From a virus (lineage: Duplodnaviria > Caudoviricetes): 43,819 nt of DNA. The position numbers were made by a program, and so were the translations under genes. The DNA lies in the IMG/VR virus record IMGVR_UViG_3300037463_000060, positions 1 through 43,819 of that record; one strand, 5' to 3'. Positions 34,572 to 43,819 of the stretch are shown in pieces. The stretch's first letter is position 1, and the number at the start of each line of letters is the position of its first letter. The notes beneath the pieces were generated by a model. The model was not told the origin of the DNA. It worked only from the letters and a program-made list of their open reading frames with translations, and searched no databases.

Positions 34572-35032
34572 GGGCGCAGCGCGATTGGATTCACCCCCGG
34601 AGCACGGCGGACATCCGCGCCGCCACGCGCTCGCCCACGGGGCTCGAGGAGCTGGGGACGGCAGCGGAGGACCTCGGGGACATCGACCCCCTTGAGATGT
34701 TCGTCCACGTGCCCGACGACCACGACGTCGAGGGAGCAGACCGACCGGCGGTTAACCACAGAAAGGATCCTTCGAGCGCCCCGCCATCGGCCTGCTCCCT
34801 CGGCGGCGTCGACCGGGCGGCGGACACCGCGCGCGCCGTGCGGAGGCCCGGCGTCTACCACCTCGCCGCCAACATCGTCCGCCTCGTCCAGGTGTCGACG
34901 AGGGCGCGGCTCCGGCAGCATCCCGAAGAGCTCAACGTCCACGGCGAGGAGCTCCCGGCGAACCACGGTGAGCTCGAGGTGCAGGTGGCCGACCTGCTCA
35001 AGGGGTGGGACCGAGATCGAGGTGCCGCGTGA
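34568..35032 (+). CDS. Hypothetical protein
   Basis: ATGA and GTGA coupling. Confidence 0.55.
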   Translation: MRAQRDWIHPRSTADIRAATRSPTGLEELGTAAEDLGDIDPLEMFVHVPDDHDVEGADRPAVNHRKDPSSAPPSACSLGGVDRAADTARAVRRPGVYHLAANIVRLVQVSTRARLRQHPEELNVHGEELPANHGELEVQVADLLKGWDRDRGAA

Positions 35033-35418
35033 GCGCGGCGCTTCTCGCGGAGGCGCTGCGGGCGCTCATGCCTCTGGCCAGGGTGGGTGACCTCGCGGCA
35101 CGTGGCGACCTGACGCCGCTCAACCACGAGCACGTGACGGCCGCGCGCGACGCCCTCCGGAAGGCGGCGCCGTGCGAGGTGTGCGGCAGCAAATGCCTGA
35201 CGTATTGCACGCGATGCTCCGGCGCCGGGTGGACGCCCGCGAGCGTCGAGGCGGCCATCGCGCGCGCGGCGGAGCGGGAGCGGCGCGACCAGGCGCTGAT
35301 CGACGCCGCGTCTCGATGGTGTGCCGCCGAGGGCGGCGCCATCGCAGAGAACGACGCGCATATCGAATTGATTGAGGCCTACGGAGAGCGGCAGGCCTTG
35401 GGTGCGTCGCGTGGGTGA
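35029..35418 (+). CDS. Hypothetical protein with DnaJ-like Zn finger
   Basis: CEVCGS...CTRCSGAG; coupled start. Confidence 0.55.
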   Translation: MSAALLAEALRALMPLARVGDLAARGDLTPLNHEHVTAARDALRKAAPCEVCGSKCLTYCTRCSGAGWTPASVEAAIARAAERERRDQALIDAASRWCAAEGGAIAENDAHIELIEAYGERQALGASRG

Positions 35419-35788
35419 CCTCGCCCGCCTCGAACAGGTCGCGCTCGACGTGGCCCAGGCCAGCGAGGCGCTCGGCGTGAAGCCGAAACCTGGGGAGGAT
35501 GCCGGCGAGGCGGCGCACCGGACGGCGTGGGAGGAGGAGACAGCGCTTCTCAACCCAGGGCTCGCCGATCTCCGAGGGCTCGCGCGCGGCGAACCGCTGC
35601 CAGGGTCGGACCGGCGCCGGGCGCTGCATAAAATCGCGTGCGCGAACGGCGAGCGGGCGCGGTTGCTCCGCCGCATCGACCGGACGTGGGGGCAATCGAT
35701 CGAATGGCACATACGCGAGGCGGAGCGAGAGCGCGATGAAATGGTGCGGCTGGTGGGTGAATTGACGATGGCAAAGGCGGCTGAGTAG
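35411..35788 (+). CDS. Hypothetical protein
   Basis: Overlaps the upstream stop; helical composition. Confidence 0.5.
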   Translation: MGDLARLEQVALDVAQASEALGVKPKPGEDAGEAAHRTAWEEETALLNPGLADLRGLARGEPLPGSDRRRALHKIACANGERARLLRRIDRTWGQSIEWHIREAERERDEMVRLVGELTMAKAAE

Positions 35789-35797
35789 GAGGTAATC

Positions 35798-36037
35798 GTG
35801 GAAGAAGAAATCGAACGCGAGCGCGATATTGACTTGCCGAGCGTGATCGGCAGCAAGTGGCGCCTGGACCTTGAGCGGAGGTGGCAGGAGGCGGTCAGGG
35901 TGGCCGAGCGCGGTTGGCCGGAAGCGACGCGTATTCTCTACGTAATCGGCGCGGAGCTCCGATCCGCGCACCCCCGGACGGGCCGCCGTCTGAGCCTTGA
36001 TTCCTCAACGTCGGCGGTGATGGCGGTGCTCAAATGA
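35798..36037 (+). CDS. Hypothetical protein (79 aa)
   Basis: Strong AGGAGG RBS. Confidence 0.55.
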   Translation: MEEEIERERDIDLPSVIGSKWRLDLERRWQEAVRVAERGWPEATRILYVIGAELRSAHPRTGRRLSLDSSTSAVMAVLK

Positions 36038-36516
36038 GGCGGGCGCGCTTCATCGCTGTGGCTCTGCTCGCGTGGATCAGCCTGGGGGCCAAAGACTGCG
36101 AGTGGCCTGAAGGCGTCAGCGCCCCGCCGGCCCTGAAGAACGAGGCGAGCGGCAAGGTGGACGACGTATCGGAGTGCGAAGACGATACCGCGATCCCTTG
36201 TATTGATCAGTGCTCCAGGGACTTTACTTACGACGATCCAGGCCGGTCGTGCTGCGAATGGGCGTGCCGCTGCTCGTATTCGTGCGCGAAGTACATCGAT
36301 CCATACCTCAACATCCCGCACTGCTACAGCATGTTTTATTGCAAGGAGGCCGCCAGGATATGCGGGCGGTGCTTTGATGCGGAGCCTTTTCAGGCGGTGT
36401 TGGACGCGGCGCGATTTGGATCCATTGCCAAGCTGAAAAGCAGAAAGGGGGGCGACCTCGACGAGTTGCCCCCGGACCTGCGCATCCGGGAGATGCCGGA
36501 GGTGCGCCGTGCCTAG
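36034..36516 (+). CDS. Cys-rich exported or lipoprotein-like protein
   Basis: MRRARFIAVALLAWISLGAKDC signal-like N-terminus; 13 Cys. Confidence 0.65.
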   Translation: MRRARFIAVALLAWISLGAKDCEWPEGVSAPPALKNEASGKVDDVSECEDDTAIPCIDQCSRDFTYDDPGRSCCEWACRCSYSCAKYIDPYLNIPHCYSMFYCKEAARICGRCFDAEPFQAVLDAARFGSIAKLKSRKGGDLDELPPDLRIREMPEVRRA

Positions 36517-37330
36517 CCTCCTCACCAACAGGCTGTCCTTCGACGAGTACGACGCGCTCCCCGGCGAGCACTTCTCCGGGCTCAAGGCGCTCGACACATC
36601 CCCGCTTCATTACAACGCGGCGATCCGCAAAAACGACACGCAGGCTATGCGCCTCGGGCGGACGCTGCACGCCCTCGCGCTCGACCCCGGCAGCGTCGAT
36701 TACGTGGTGTGGTCGGGCGACAAGAGGGGCAAGGCGTGGGAGACATTTAAAGGCGACCACGCCGGGTCGACGATCCTGACCCAGGACGAGCTCGACCGGG
36801 CCCTCGGCATGAGGCGCGCGCTCAACGCCCACCCCGTCGCGAGCCCGCTGCTCGCGGCTGGACATGGCGAGGTGACGGCGGCGTGGGATCTTGATGGGGT
36901 CGCGTGCCGCGCGCGGCTCGACTGGGTGCTCCCGGATGGGGGCCTGCTCGAGCTCAAAACAACCCGCAGGATTCACCCGGTCGCATTTTCGCGGGAGGTG
37001 GTCTCGCGGCTATATCACGCGCAGATCGCTTTCTATTCCTCGGGGCTAGAGGCGGCGCGCGGCGAGCGGTCCCCTCGCCACGTCCTGATCGCCGCGGAGA
37101 ATGAGCCGCCGCACGATATCGCCGTCTACAACGTACCGGCCGAGGTCCTCGACGCGGGGTGGCGCAAGGTCGCCGGGTGGTTGCGGACCCTCCAGGACTG
37201 CCGCGCTTCGGGGCGCTGGCCAGGCGTGGGGGGCAGCGAACTGCTCGACCTCAAATTGCCGGATTGGGCGCTGGCGGAAGGGCTGCCCGAGGTGGACCTC
37301 GGCGGAATCGGAGAACACGGCGATGGGTAA
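36509..37330 (+). CDS. RecE / exonuclease VIII-like PD-(D/E)xK nuclease (DUF3799-like)
   Basis: FSGLK...SPLHY, AMRLGRTLHALAL, CRARLDW, LELKTT, YHAQIAFY, ENEPPH, GRWPG. Confidence 0.85.
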   Translation: MPSLLTNRLSFDEYDALPGEHFSGLKALDTSPLHYNAAIRKNDTQAMRLGRTLHALALDPGSVDYVVWSGDKRGKAWETFKGDHAGSTILTQDELDRALGMRRALNAHPVASPLLAAGHGEVTAAWDLDGVACRARLDWVLPDGGLLELKTTRRIHPVAFSREVVSRLYHAQIAFYSSGLEAARGERSPRHVLIAAENEPPHDIAVYNVPAEVLDAGWRKVAGWLRTLQDCRASGRWPGVGGSELLDLKLPDWALAEGLPEVDLGGIGEHGDG

Positions 37331-37775
37331 GGCGATCACCGGGCACTTGGAGCTTCTGTACCCGAGCCAATATGTGAAGGCGGCCGACCTTCGCGGGAAG
37401 GATGTCACGGTCGTTATCGACCACGCGGAATGGGAAAACCTCGTGATGGCGGGTGGCAAGAAGGATCGGAAGGTGGTGATCCACCTCCGGTCGGTGACGG
37501 GGCAGAAGCTCGGGAAGCGGTGGGTCGTGGGCAAGACGGTGCTCCGGCAGATCGCCGCCGCGACGGGTACGAACGACGTGGGGCAATGGTCCGAGAAGCG
37601 GGTGACGCTTTTCCCCACCACGTGCCGAGGCAAAGAGGCCCGCGAGGTTGAATGCATTCGCGTCCGGCTCAAGACGGGGGCCCCCGAGGAGCTCCCCGCT
37701 GAGATGACCGAGGAGCCAGAGCCCATGCCCGCGTTCGTGGACGAGGCGGGGGGCGGGGCGGAAGGGTCGGCCTGA
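37323..37775 (+). CDS. Putative ssDNA-binding or annealing partner of the nuclease
   Basis: YPSQYVKAADL...VTVVI...W..KRVTLFP...CIRVR plus acidic tail; follows the RecE-like gene. Confidence 0.55.
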   Translation: MGKAITGHLELLYPSQYVKAADLRGKDVTVVIDHAEWENLVMAGGKKDRKVVIHLRSVTGQKLGKRWVVGKTVLRQIAAATGTNDVGQWSEKRVTLFPTTCRGKEAREVECIRVRLKTGAPEELPAEMTEEPEPMPAFVDEAGGGAEGSA

Positions 37776-38116
37776 TGCGCCCTGGACGAGGCAATGGTGC
37801 GGCTGTCGAGCGAGAGTTGCTCGCGCACGCGACCGAGGCGAAGAGGTTGGGTTACGCGATCATCTTCGGGGCCTTCGATGGGAAGACGGCCTCGGGGCAG
37901 AAGGCCGTCTGCGCGCTCGGGGCACACGATGTTGTTGCGAGGTACTGGCCGTACCCGCGGCTTTCTCTGCCGAGCCGTTCGAAGGAGCTCGCCGCTGCGT
38001 GTGAGGCGATCGAGGTCGGTTTCGACGGGGAGCCCCGTCGCCGCCGGTCGAAGCGTTGGTGGAACGTGGGGAGGCGACTGCGGCGGGCGCTCCGGCCCGA
38101 GAAGGCGGTGGGCTGA
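37775..38116 (+). CDS. Hypothetical protein
   Basis: TGATG overlaps at both ends. Confidence 0.5.
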   Translation: MRPGRGNGAAVERELLAHATEAKRLGYAIIFGAFDGKTASGQKAVCALGAHDVVARYWPYPRLSLPSRSKELAAACEAIEVGFDGEPRRRRSKRWWNVGRRLRRALRPEKAVG

Positions 38117-38475
38117 TGGCGACTCAAAAGGTGTTCGCGCAGGGGACGAGCGTGGCGGTTGAGACGAGTAAGACCGAGATCAATCGGCTGCTCGCGAGGC
38201 ACGGGGCACTCGAGGCGAAGATGATCGCCGTCGAGGCCGCGCTGTTCGGCATCACCAAGCAGATGGCGCGCGTCCACGGCTGGATCGGCCGGATGAAACA
38301 GCTCGGCCGCGTCGCCGCGACGCAGCTCAGCCTCTTCGATGAGCGGCCCGTCCCCGACGAGGCGATCGTCGACCACGTGCTCGACATCGAGAAGGAGATC
38401 GACCGCGGGCTCGGTCGCCGCGAGCGCGCGGGCATCATCGTCTCGACCATCCGCCGCTTCCTTCGGGGGCGGTGA
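38116..38475 (+). CDS. Hypothetical protein, possibly an internally deleted or fused gene
   Basis: TGATG coupling; the start FAQGTSVAVETSKTEINRLLARHGA resembles a longer common phage protein. Confidence 0.5.
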   Translation: MATQKVFAQGTSVAVETSKTEINRLLARHGALEAKMIAVEAALFGITKQMARVHGWIGRMKQLGRVAATQLSLFDERPVPDEAIVDHVLDIEKEIDRGLGRRERAGIIVSTIRRFLRGR

Positions 38476-39062
38476 TGGAGAAGCCCACCCGCGCCGAGCT
38501 CGAAAAGCTCCTCTGGGACGTGCACGCCGCCGACTGCTTTGAGCGGGACGCGCTCGATATCCTCGCCCAGGCTGAGGGGACGAAGATCGACAAGCTCCAG
38601 GAGCTGATCGAGGTGGTCGGCTCCGAGACCGGCATGCTCGAGCTGGATGGGGACGACCGGGAGGACCTCCGGAACATGCGCACGACGGCGCTCCGGGGCG
38701 CGATCCTGCTCCTCTACGCCGCGTGGTTCGCCGACCATCGCGAGCGCCGCGCCCGGAAGCCAGACGATAAGCAGACCGCGATCCCGGGGGTCAGCGCTCG
38801 AGGCAGTCGGCGAGGACGGCTCATGATGAAGGCCGCCGTGCTGAGCGCCGTGCGCGCCGCGGAGCCCGACGGGACCGCCTTCGACGCGCTGGCGAAGCGC
38901 CTCGCTTCCCTCGCGGGCCCGGACGGGGTGTCGCTCAGGGCGCTGGCCAAGGCGGTCGAAGCCCTCGAAGAAGAGGGCCGCGTCCGCTGGAACAAATGGG
39001 ACGGCTGGAAGCTGCGCCTCACGGCGTGCCAGCGCGAACTCGACGTTGAGGCCGGGATATGA
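38472..39062 (+). CDS. Hypothetical protein with C-terminal winged-helix-like region
   Basis: Coupled; AVLSAVRA...FDALAKRL...LAKAVEALEEEGRVRW. Confidence 0.6.
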   Translation: MMEKPTRAELEKLLWDVHAADCFERDALDILAQAEGTKIDKLQELIEVVGSETGMLELDGDDREDLRNMRTTALRGAILLLYAAWFADHRERRARKPDDKQTAIPGVSARGSRRGRLMMKAAVLSAVRAAEPDGTAFDALAKRLASLAGPDGVSLRALAKAVEALEEEGRVRWNKWDGWKLRLTACQRELDVEAGI

Positions 39063-40693
39063 GCCGCGCGCCCGAGATCCGTCTTTTCGAGGACGAGATC
39101 ATCGTCGACAACTTCGCCGGCGGAGGTGGCGCGTCGACCGGGATCGAGTGGGCCACCGGCCGATCCCCTGACATCGCGATCAACCACGACGCGCAGGCCG
39201 TCGCAATGCACGCGGTCAATCATCCGCGGACACGGCACATCGTCGGCGACATCTGGGACCAGCGCCCTCGGGAGGTGTGCGCCGGGCGCCCGGTGGGGCT
39301 CGCGTGGTTCTCGCCCGACTGCAAGCATTTCTCCAAGGCCAAAGGAGGGAAGCCGGTGGAGAAGAAGATTCGCGGGCTCGCGTGGGTGGTGATCCGGTGG
39401 GCCCGCGAGGTGAAGCCGCGGATCATCATGCTCGAGAACGTGGAGGAGTTCGCCGACTGGGGCCCGCTCCTCAATGACGGGAAGCCGTGCCCAGCTCGTC
39501 GCGGGCTCACGTTCCGCCGGTGGCTCGGCTCCATCAAGACCGCCGGGTACGCGGTCGAGTACCGCGAGCTTCGCGCGAGCGACTACGGCGCGCCGACGAT
39601 CCGCAAACGCCTCATCGTGATCGCGCGACGGGACGGGCAGCCGATCGTGTGGCCGACGCCGACGCACGGCCGCGGGCTGGCGCCGTACCGCACGGCTGCC
39701 GATTGCATCGACTGGACCCTCGCCTGCCCGTCGATCTTCGAGCGCTCGAAGCCGCTGGCGGACAAGACGCTCCGGCGCGTTGCCCGCGGGGTCGTGCGCT
39801 ACGTGATCGAGGCGGCGCAGCCATTCATCGTGCCCGTCACGCACGGCGGGGATGACCGGGTGCATTCGATCGCGGAGCCCCTCCGGACCATCACAGGGGC
39901 GCACCGGGGCGAGCACGCGCTCGTCGTACCCACGGTGATCAGCCATTACGGCGAGTCCGTGGGGCGAGCCGTCACCGAGCCGCTCCCGACGATCACCGCG
40001 GGCGGCATGGGGCATCAGGGGCTCGCGAGCGCGACGCTGATCCAGACCGGCTACGGGGAGCGACCCGGGCAGGCGCCGCGCGTCCCTGGGCTCGACAAGC
40101 CCCTCGGGACGATCATGGGCGGCGGCTGCAAACACGCGCTCGTCTCGGCCTTTCTCGCGAAGCACTACGGCGGCGTCACCGGCCAGTCCGTCCAGCTCCC
40201 GCTCGGCACCGTCACGACCGTGGATCACCATTCGGTGGTCGCCGCGCACATGCTGCTCCTCCACGGCTCCCGCGCCGACGGGCAGCCCGTCGAGCGGCCG
40301 CTTCCGACCGTCCGCGCCGGCGGCACCCACCTCGCCGAGGTCCGCGCCTTCCTGACCCGCTACAACGGCGATGGGGAGAACGGGCTCCCGCGCGCAGGGC
40401 AGTCGCTCACCCTGCCGTTCGGCACGCTCACGACTGCGCGGCGCTTCGGCCTTGTAACTGTCCACGGCGAGGAATACGCGATCTCCGACATCGGTCTCCG
40501 GATGCTCACGCCGCGCGAGCTCTTCCGCGCGCAGGGCTTTCCCGACACATACGTGATTGACCCGGTGGTGAACGGGAAGCCGCTCACCAAAGAGGCTCAG
40601 GTCAGGATGTGCGGCAACAGCGTGTCGCCTGTCGTGGCCCGCGCGCTCGTCGAGGCGAACCTCGGCGTCGGCGCGGCGCGGAGAGTGGCGTGA
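39059..40693 (+). CDS. C5-cytosine DNA methyltransferase with repeat-expanded variable region
   Basis: DNFAGGGG (motif I), SPDC (IV), LENV (VI), RKRL (VIII), RMLTPRELFRAQGFP (IX), GNSV (X). Confidence 0.93.
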   Translation: MSRAPEIRLFEDEIIVDNFAGGGGASTGIEWATGRSPDIAINHDAQAVAMHAVNHPRTRHIVGDIWDQRPREVCAGRPVGLAWFSPDCKHFSKAKGGKPVEKKIRGLAWVVIRWAREVKPRIIMLENVEEFADWGPLLNDGKPCPARRGLTFRRWLGSIKTAGYAVEYRELRASDYGAPTIRKRLIVIARRDGQPIVWPTPTHGRGLAPYRTAADCIDWTLACPSIFERSKPLADKTLRRVARGVVRYVIEAAQPFIVPVTHGGDDRVHSIAEPLRTITGAHRGEHALVVPTVISHYGESVGRAVTEPLPTITAGGMGHQGLASATLIQTGYGERPGQAPRVPGLDKPLGTIMGGGCKHALVSAFLAKHYGGVTGQSVQLPLGTVTTVDHHSVVAAHMLLLHGSRADGQPVERPLPTVRAGGTHLAEVRAFLTRYNGDGENGLPRAGQSLTLPFGTLTTARRFGLVTVHGEEYAISDIGLRMLTPRELFRAQGFPDTYVIDPVVNGKPLTKEAQVRMCGNSVSPVVARALVEANLGVGAARRVA

Positions 40694-40871
40694 GCGCCCA
40701 GCCCCGAGAGCGCGCCCTCACGGCCGAGGACATCGCCGCCGAACTCGGGGTGAGCGTCCCTACCGCGTACCGCCTCATGGCCCAAATGGTCCGACTCAAG
40801 CTCGGGCGCTGCGTCCGCGTCCGCCGTGAAGCCCTCGACGCGTTCCTTCGACAGCGAGAGGTCAGGCCCGA

Positions 40872-42101
<1,230 letters not shown>

Positions 42102-42283
42102 GCCACTGCTCAAACCCGAAGATCCGGCAGCCCCCTCTCCGCGAGGGACCGGGAACATAGATCGCGATCGGCCCCTGATGCAACCCGGTTCGAGACCGGC
42201 GCGGGCGCGGTGACCGGGCTCCGTGCGGACGCGACCTCGACCCGAGCTCTCCAAAAATCGGAGCGCCCGCCCATTCGAGCGAA

Positions 42284-42907
42284 TCAGAAGACGATCGCGG
42301 CCCCGATCGATTCTTCGATGGTGTGGATCATGGTCCCCTCAATAAAAACCGGAGCGTAGGACACGCCCGCTTTAATGGGGAGGAAGCTCGTCAGCCAAAA
42401 CTCGATTTTGAACGTCCCCTCGGGCGTCAGCGGAAACCCGTTCACCGTCGCCGCCGGGTCGCTGTTCTGGATCCCCACGAGCTCGGGCCTCGCCGAGAAC
42501 AGCCCGATGCGAGCCCCGGCCCCGAAGCAGAACGCCAAGGGCCACTCGGCCTCCCGGAACTTCAAGAACAGCCCCGGGGCCACCGTGACCTGCGCCATAT
42601 CCGACACGCCCTCGTCGGGCTTCGCCTTGATTCGGCTCATCACGTAGAGCGAAAAATGGCTGCTTAGCTCGATCTCGGCGCCTATCCTCGGATAAATCCC
42701 CGGCACGAGCTCGCGCTGGCCGAGCACCTGATAAACGCCGAGGCCCCCCTCGACGTGGAAGCCCGCCCCGAAGAGGCCATAGGGACCGGGCTCCTCGCCG
42801 CCCGCCTCCTGCGCGAGCGCGTTCGTTGAATTGAGCAGAGCTCCCGCCCCGAGCAGCGCGCCGAGCGCGACCGTTTGGAGCGTCCGGAGGCGATTGGCTC
42901 GTCGCAT
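42284..42907 (-). CDS. Host exported protein, probable small outer-membrane beta-barrel
   Basis: Signal peptide ending ALA-Q, alternating amphipathic strands, terminal Phe. Confidence 0.65.
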   Translation of the reverse strand: MRRANRLRTLQTVALGALLGAGALLNSTNALAQEAGGEEPGPYGLFGAGFHVEGGLGVYQVLGQRELVPGIYPRIGAEIELSSHFSLYVMSRIKAKPDEGVSDMAQVTVAPGLFLKFREAEWPLAFCFGAGARIGLFSARPELVGIQNSDPAATVNGFPLTPEGTFKIEFWLTSFLPIKAGVSYAPVFIEGTMIHTIEESIGAAIVF

Positions 42908-43045
42908 AATCTTTGTGTCGCAGAACAGGGGGGCTCCGTCAAGCGCGGGAACCCCAGAAGCACGTCCCCGCTCCCGGTATTGCTCCCCAATGGAATCGCG
43001 CCGCCCGGTCCGCGGCAGCGCGTGACGGCGCGCCCGAGCGGCGCG

Positions 43046-43819
43046 TCATCGAGCCCGCAAGAGATAGAACACGTACCCGTAGCTCCGGCAAAACCGGCGA
43101 TAGAGCTCGATCTCCCGCTCGGTCTCGGCGATGGCGAGGGCCAGGTCCGAGGGCTCCTTCGCGCGCGGGCGCAGGATTTCAACGCGCGCGAGGAGCGGCG
43201 CGTAATAGTCGTCCCACCACGCCGACTCGGGGAGCTCAAACGAGCCCACCACCTCAAAGCCCGCCTCGCGCGCGGCGGCGCTGTTGGACGCGACCGTCCC
43301 CATGGTCGGGTAGGCCTCAGCCCAGAACGCCGCGGGCTCGGGCTCCGGCGCGGCGGTGAGCCAGGTGGCTTCGCTCACCGCGGCGAGCCCGCCTTCCCGG
43401 AGGAGAGGGCGCCACAGCTCGAGGCCCGCTCGAAAGCCGAGCGTGTAGATGGCTCCCTCCGACCACAAAAGATCGACGCTCCCGGGCGGCTCGGCGAGCT
43501 CGCTGAAATCGCCGAGGCGAGCGTCCACGAGCGAGGTGAGGCCCTGCTCGTCCGCGGCGACCCGGAGCGCGTCCAGAAAGGGCGCGTGCCGATCGATGGC
43601 CGTGATCACCACGCCGAGCCCGCGCGCGAGCTCGAGCGTCTGCCGCCCGGGGCCGCAGCCCAGATCGAGGACGCGCGGGCGGCCCTGCGCCTTGAGGAGA
43701 TCATCGAGCCCGGCGCGCCTCAATCGCGTGAGGGCCTCGCGCGTCGCCTCGTCGCTCCCTGGGGCCTCGCGCGGGAGCCCTTGGTGGATCAAAAAGAAGG
43801 CCTCGGCGAGCCCGCTCAC
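43046..43819 (-). CDS. Host class I SAM-dependent methyltransferase
   Basis: REAPGSDEAT, VLDLGCGPGRQT, DLLWSEGAIY, YGYVFY. Confidence 0.88.
   Translation of the reverse strand: MSGLAEAFFLIHQGLPREAPGSDEATREALTRLRRAGLDDLLKAQGRPRVLDLGCGPGRQTLELARGLGVVITAIDRHAPFLDALRVAADEQGLTSLVDARLGDFSELAEPPGSVDLLWSEGAIYTLGFRAGLELWRPLLREGGLAAVSEATWLTAAPEPEPAAFWAEAYPTMGTVASNSAAAREAGFEVVGSFELPESAWWDDYYAPLLARVEILRPRAKEPSDLALAIAETEREIELYRRFCRSYGYVFYLLRAR

Noticed and set aside
38714-40465. 583-aa minus-strand ORF
   Set aside because: Antisense shadow of the C5 methyltransferase

Overview
Positions 1 to ~42060 are a GC-rich temperate myovirus-type prophage, probably of a myxobacterial host (inferred from GC content and gene style). 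It is integrated at a tRNA-Phe(GAA) (41991-42063, minus strand) and followed by two host genes. The left attachment site is not in the window. Right to left it carries: integrase and excisionase; a plus-strand early operon (C5 methyltransferase, RecE-like nuclease, putative SSB, small ORFs); a cI/cro switch with two homologous promoter-operators; a minus-strand replication arm (antirepressor-like protein, N6/N4 methyltransferase, ERCC4 nuclease, VirE/VapE helicase, iteron-rich origin); and an ordered late operon (TerS, TerL, portal, protease/scaffold, decoration, Mu-gpT-like capsid, neck, sheath, tube, frameshifting chaperone, tape measure, baseplate, fibre). At the far left are a ParB gene and a scrambled antirepressor gene. 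The best candidate for new biology is the prohead protease/scaffold slot, which holds an HExxH zincin-type metallopeptidase with a nested scaffold start instead of a serine protease, in a head module full of Cys/His metal motifs. Other oddities: an ImmI-like cassette in the tail operon bridged by one 782-codon frame, an integrase that reads through the tRNA and has an altered catalytic set, an antirepressor carrying a copy of the helicase C-terminal domain, and an acr-aca-like mini-operon. All family calls come from motif recognition and synteny, not database searches.
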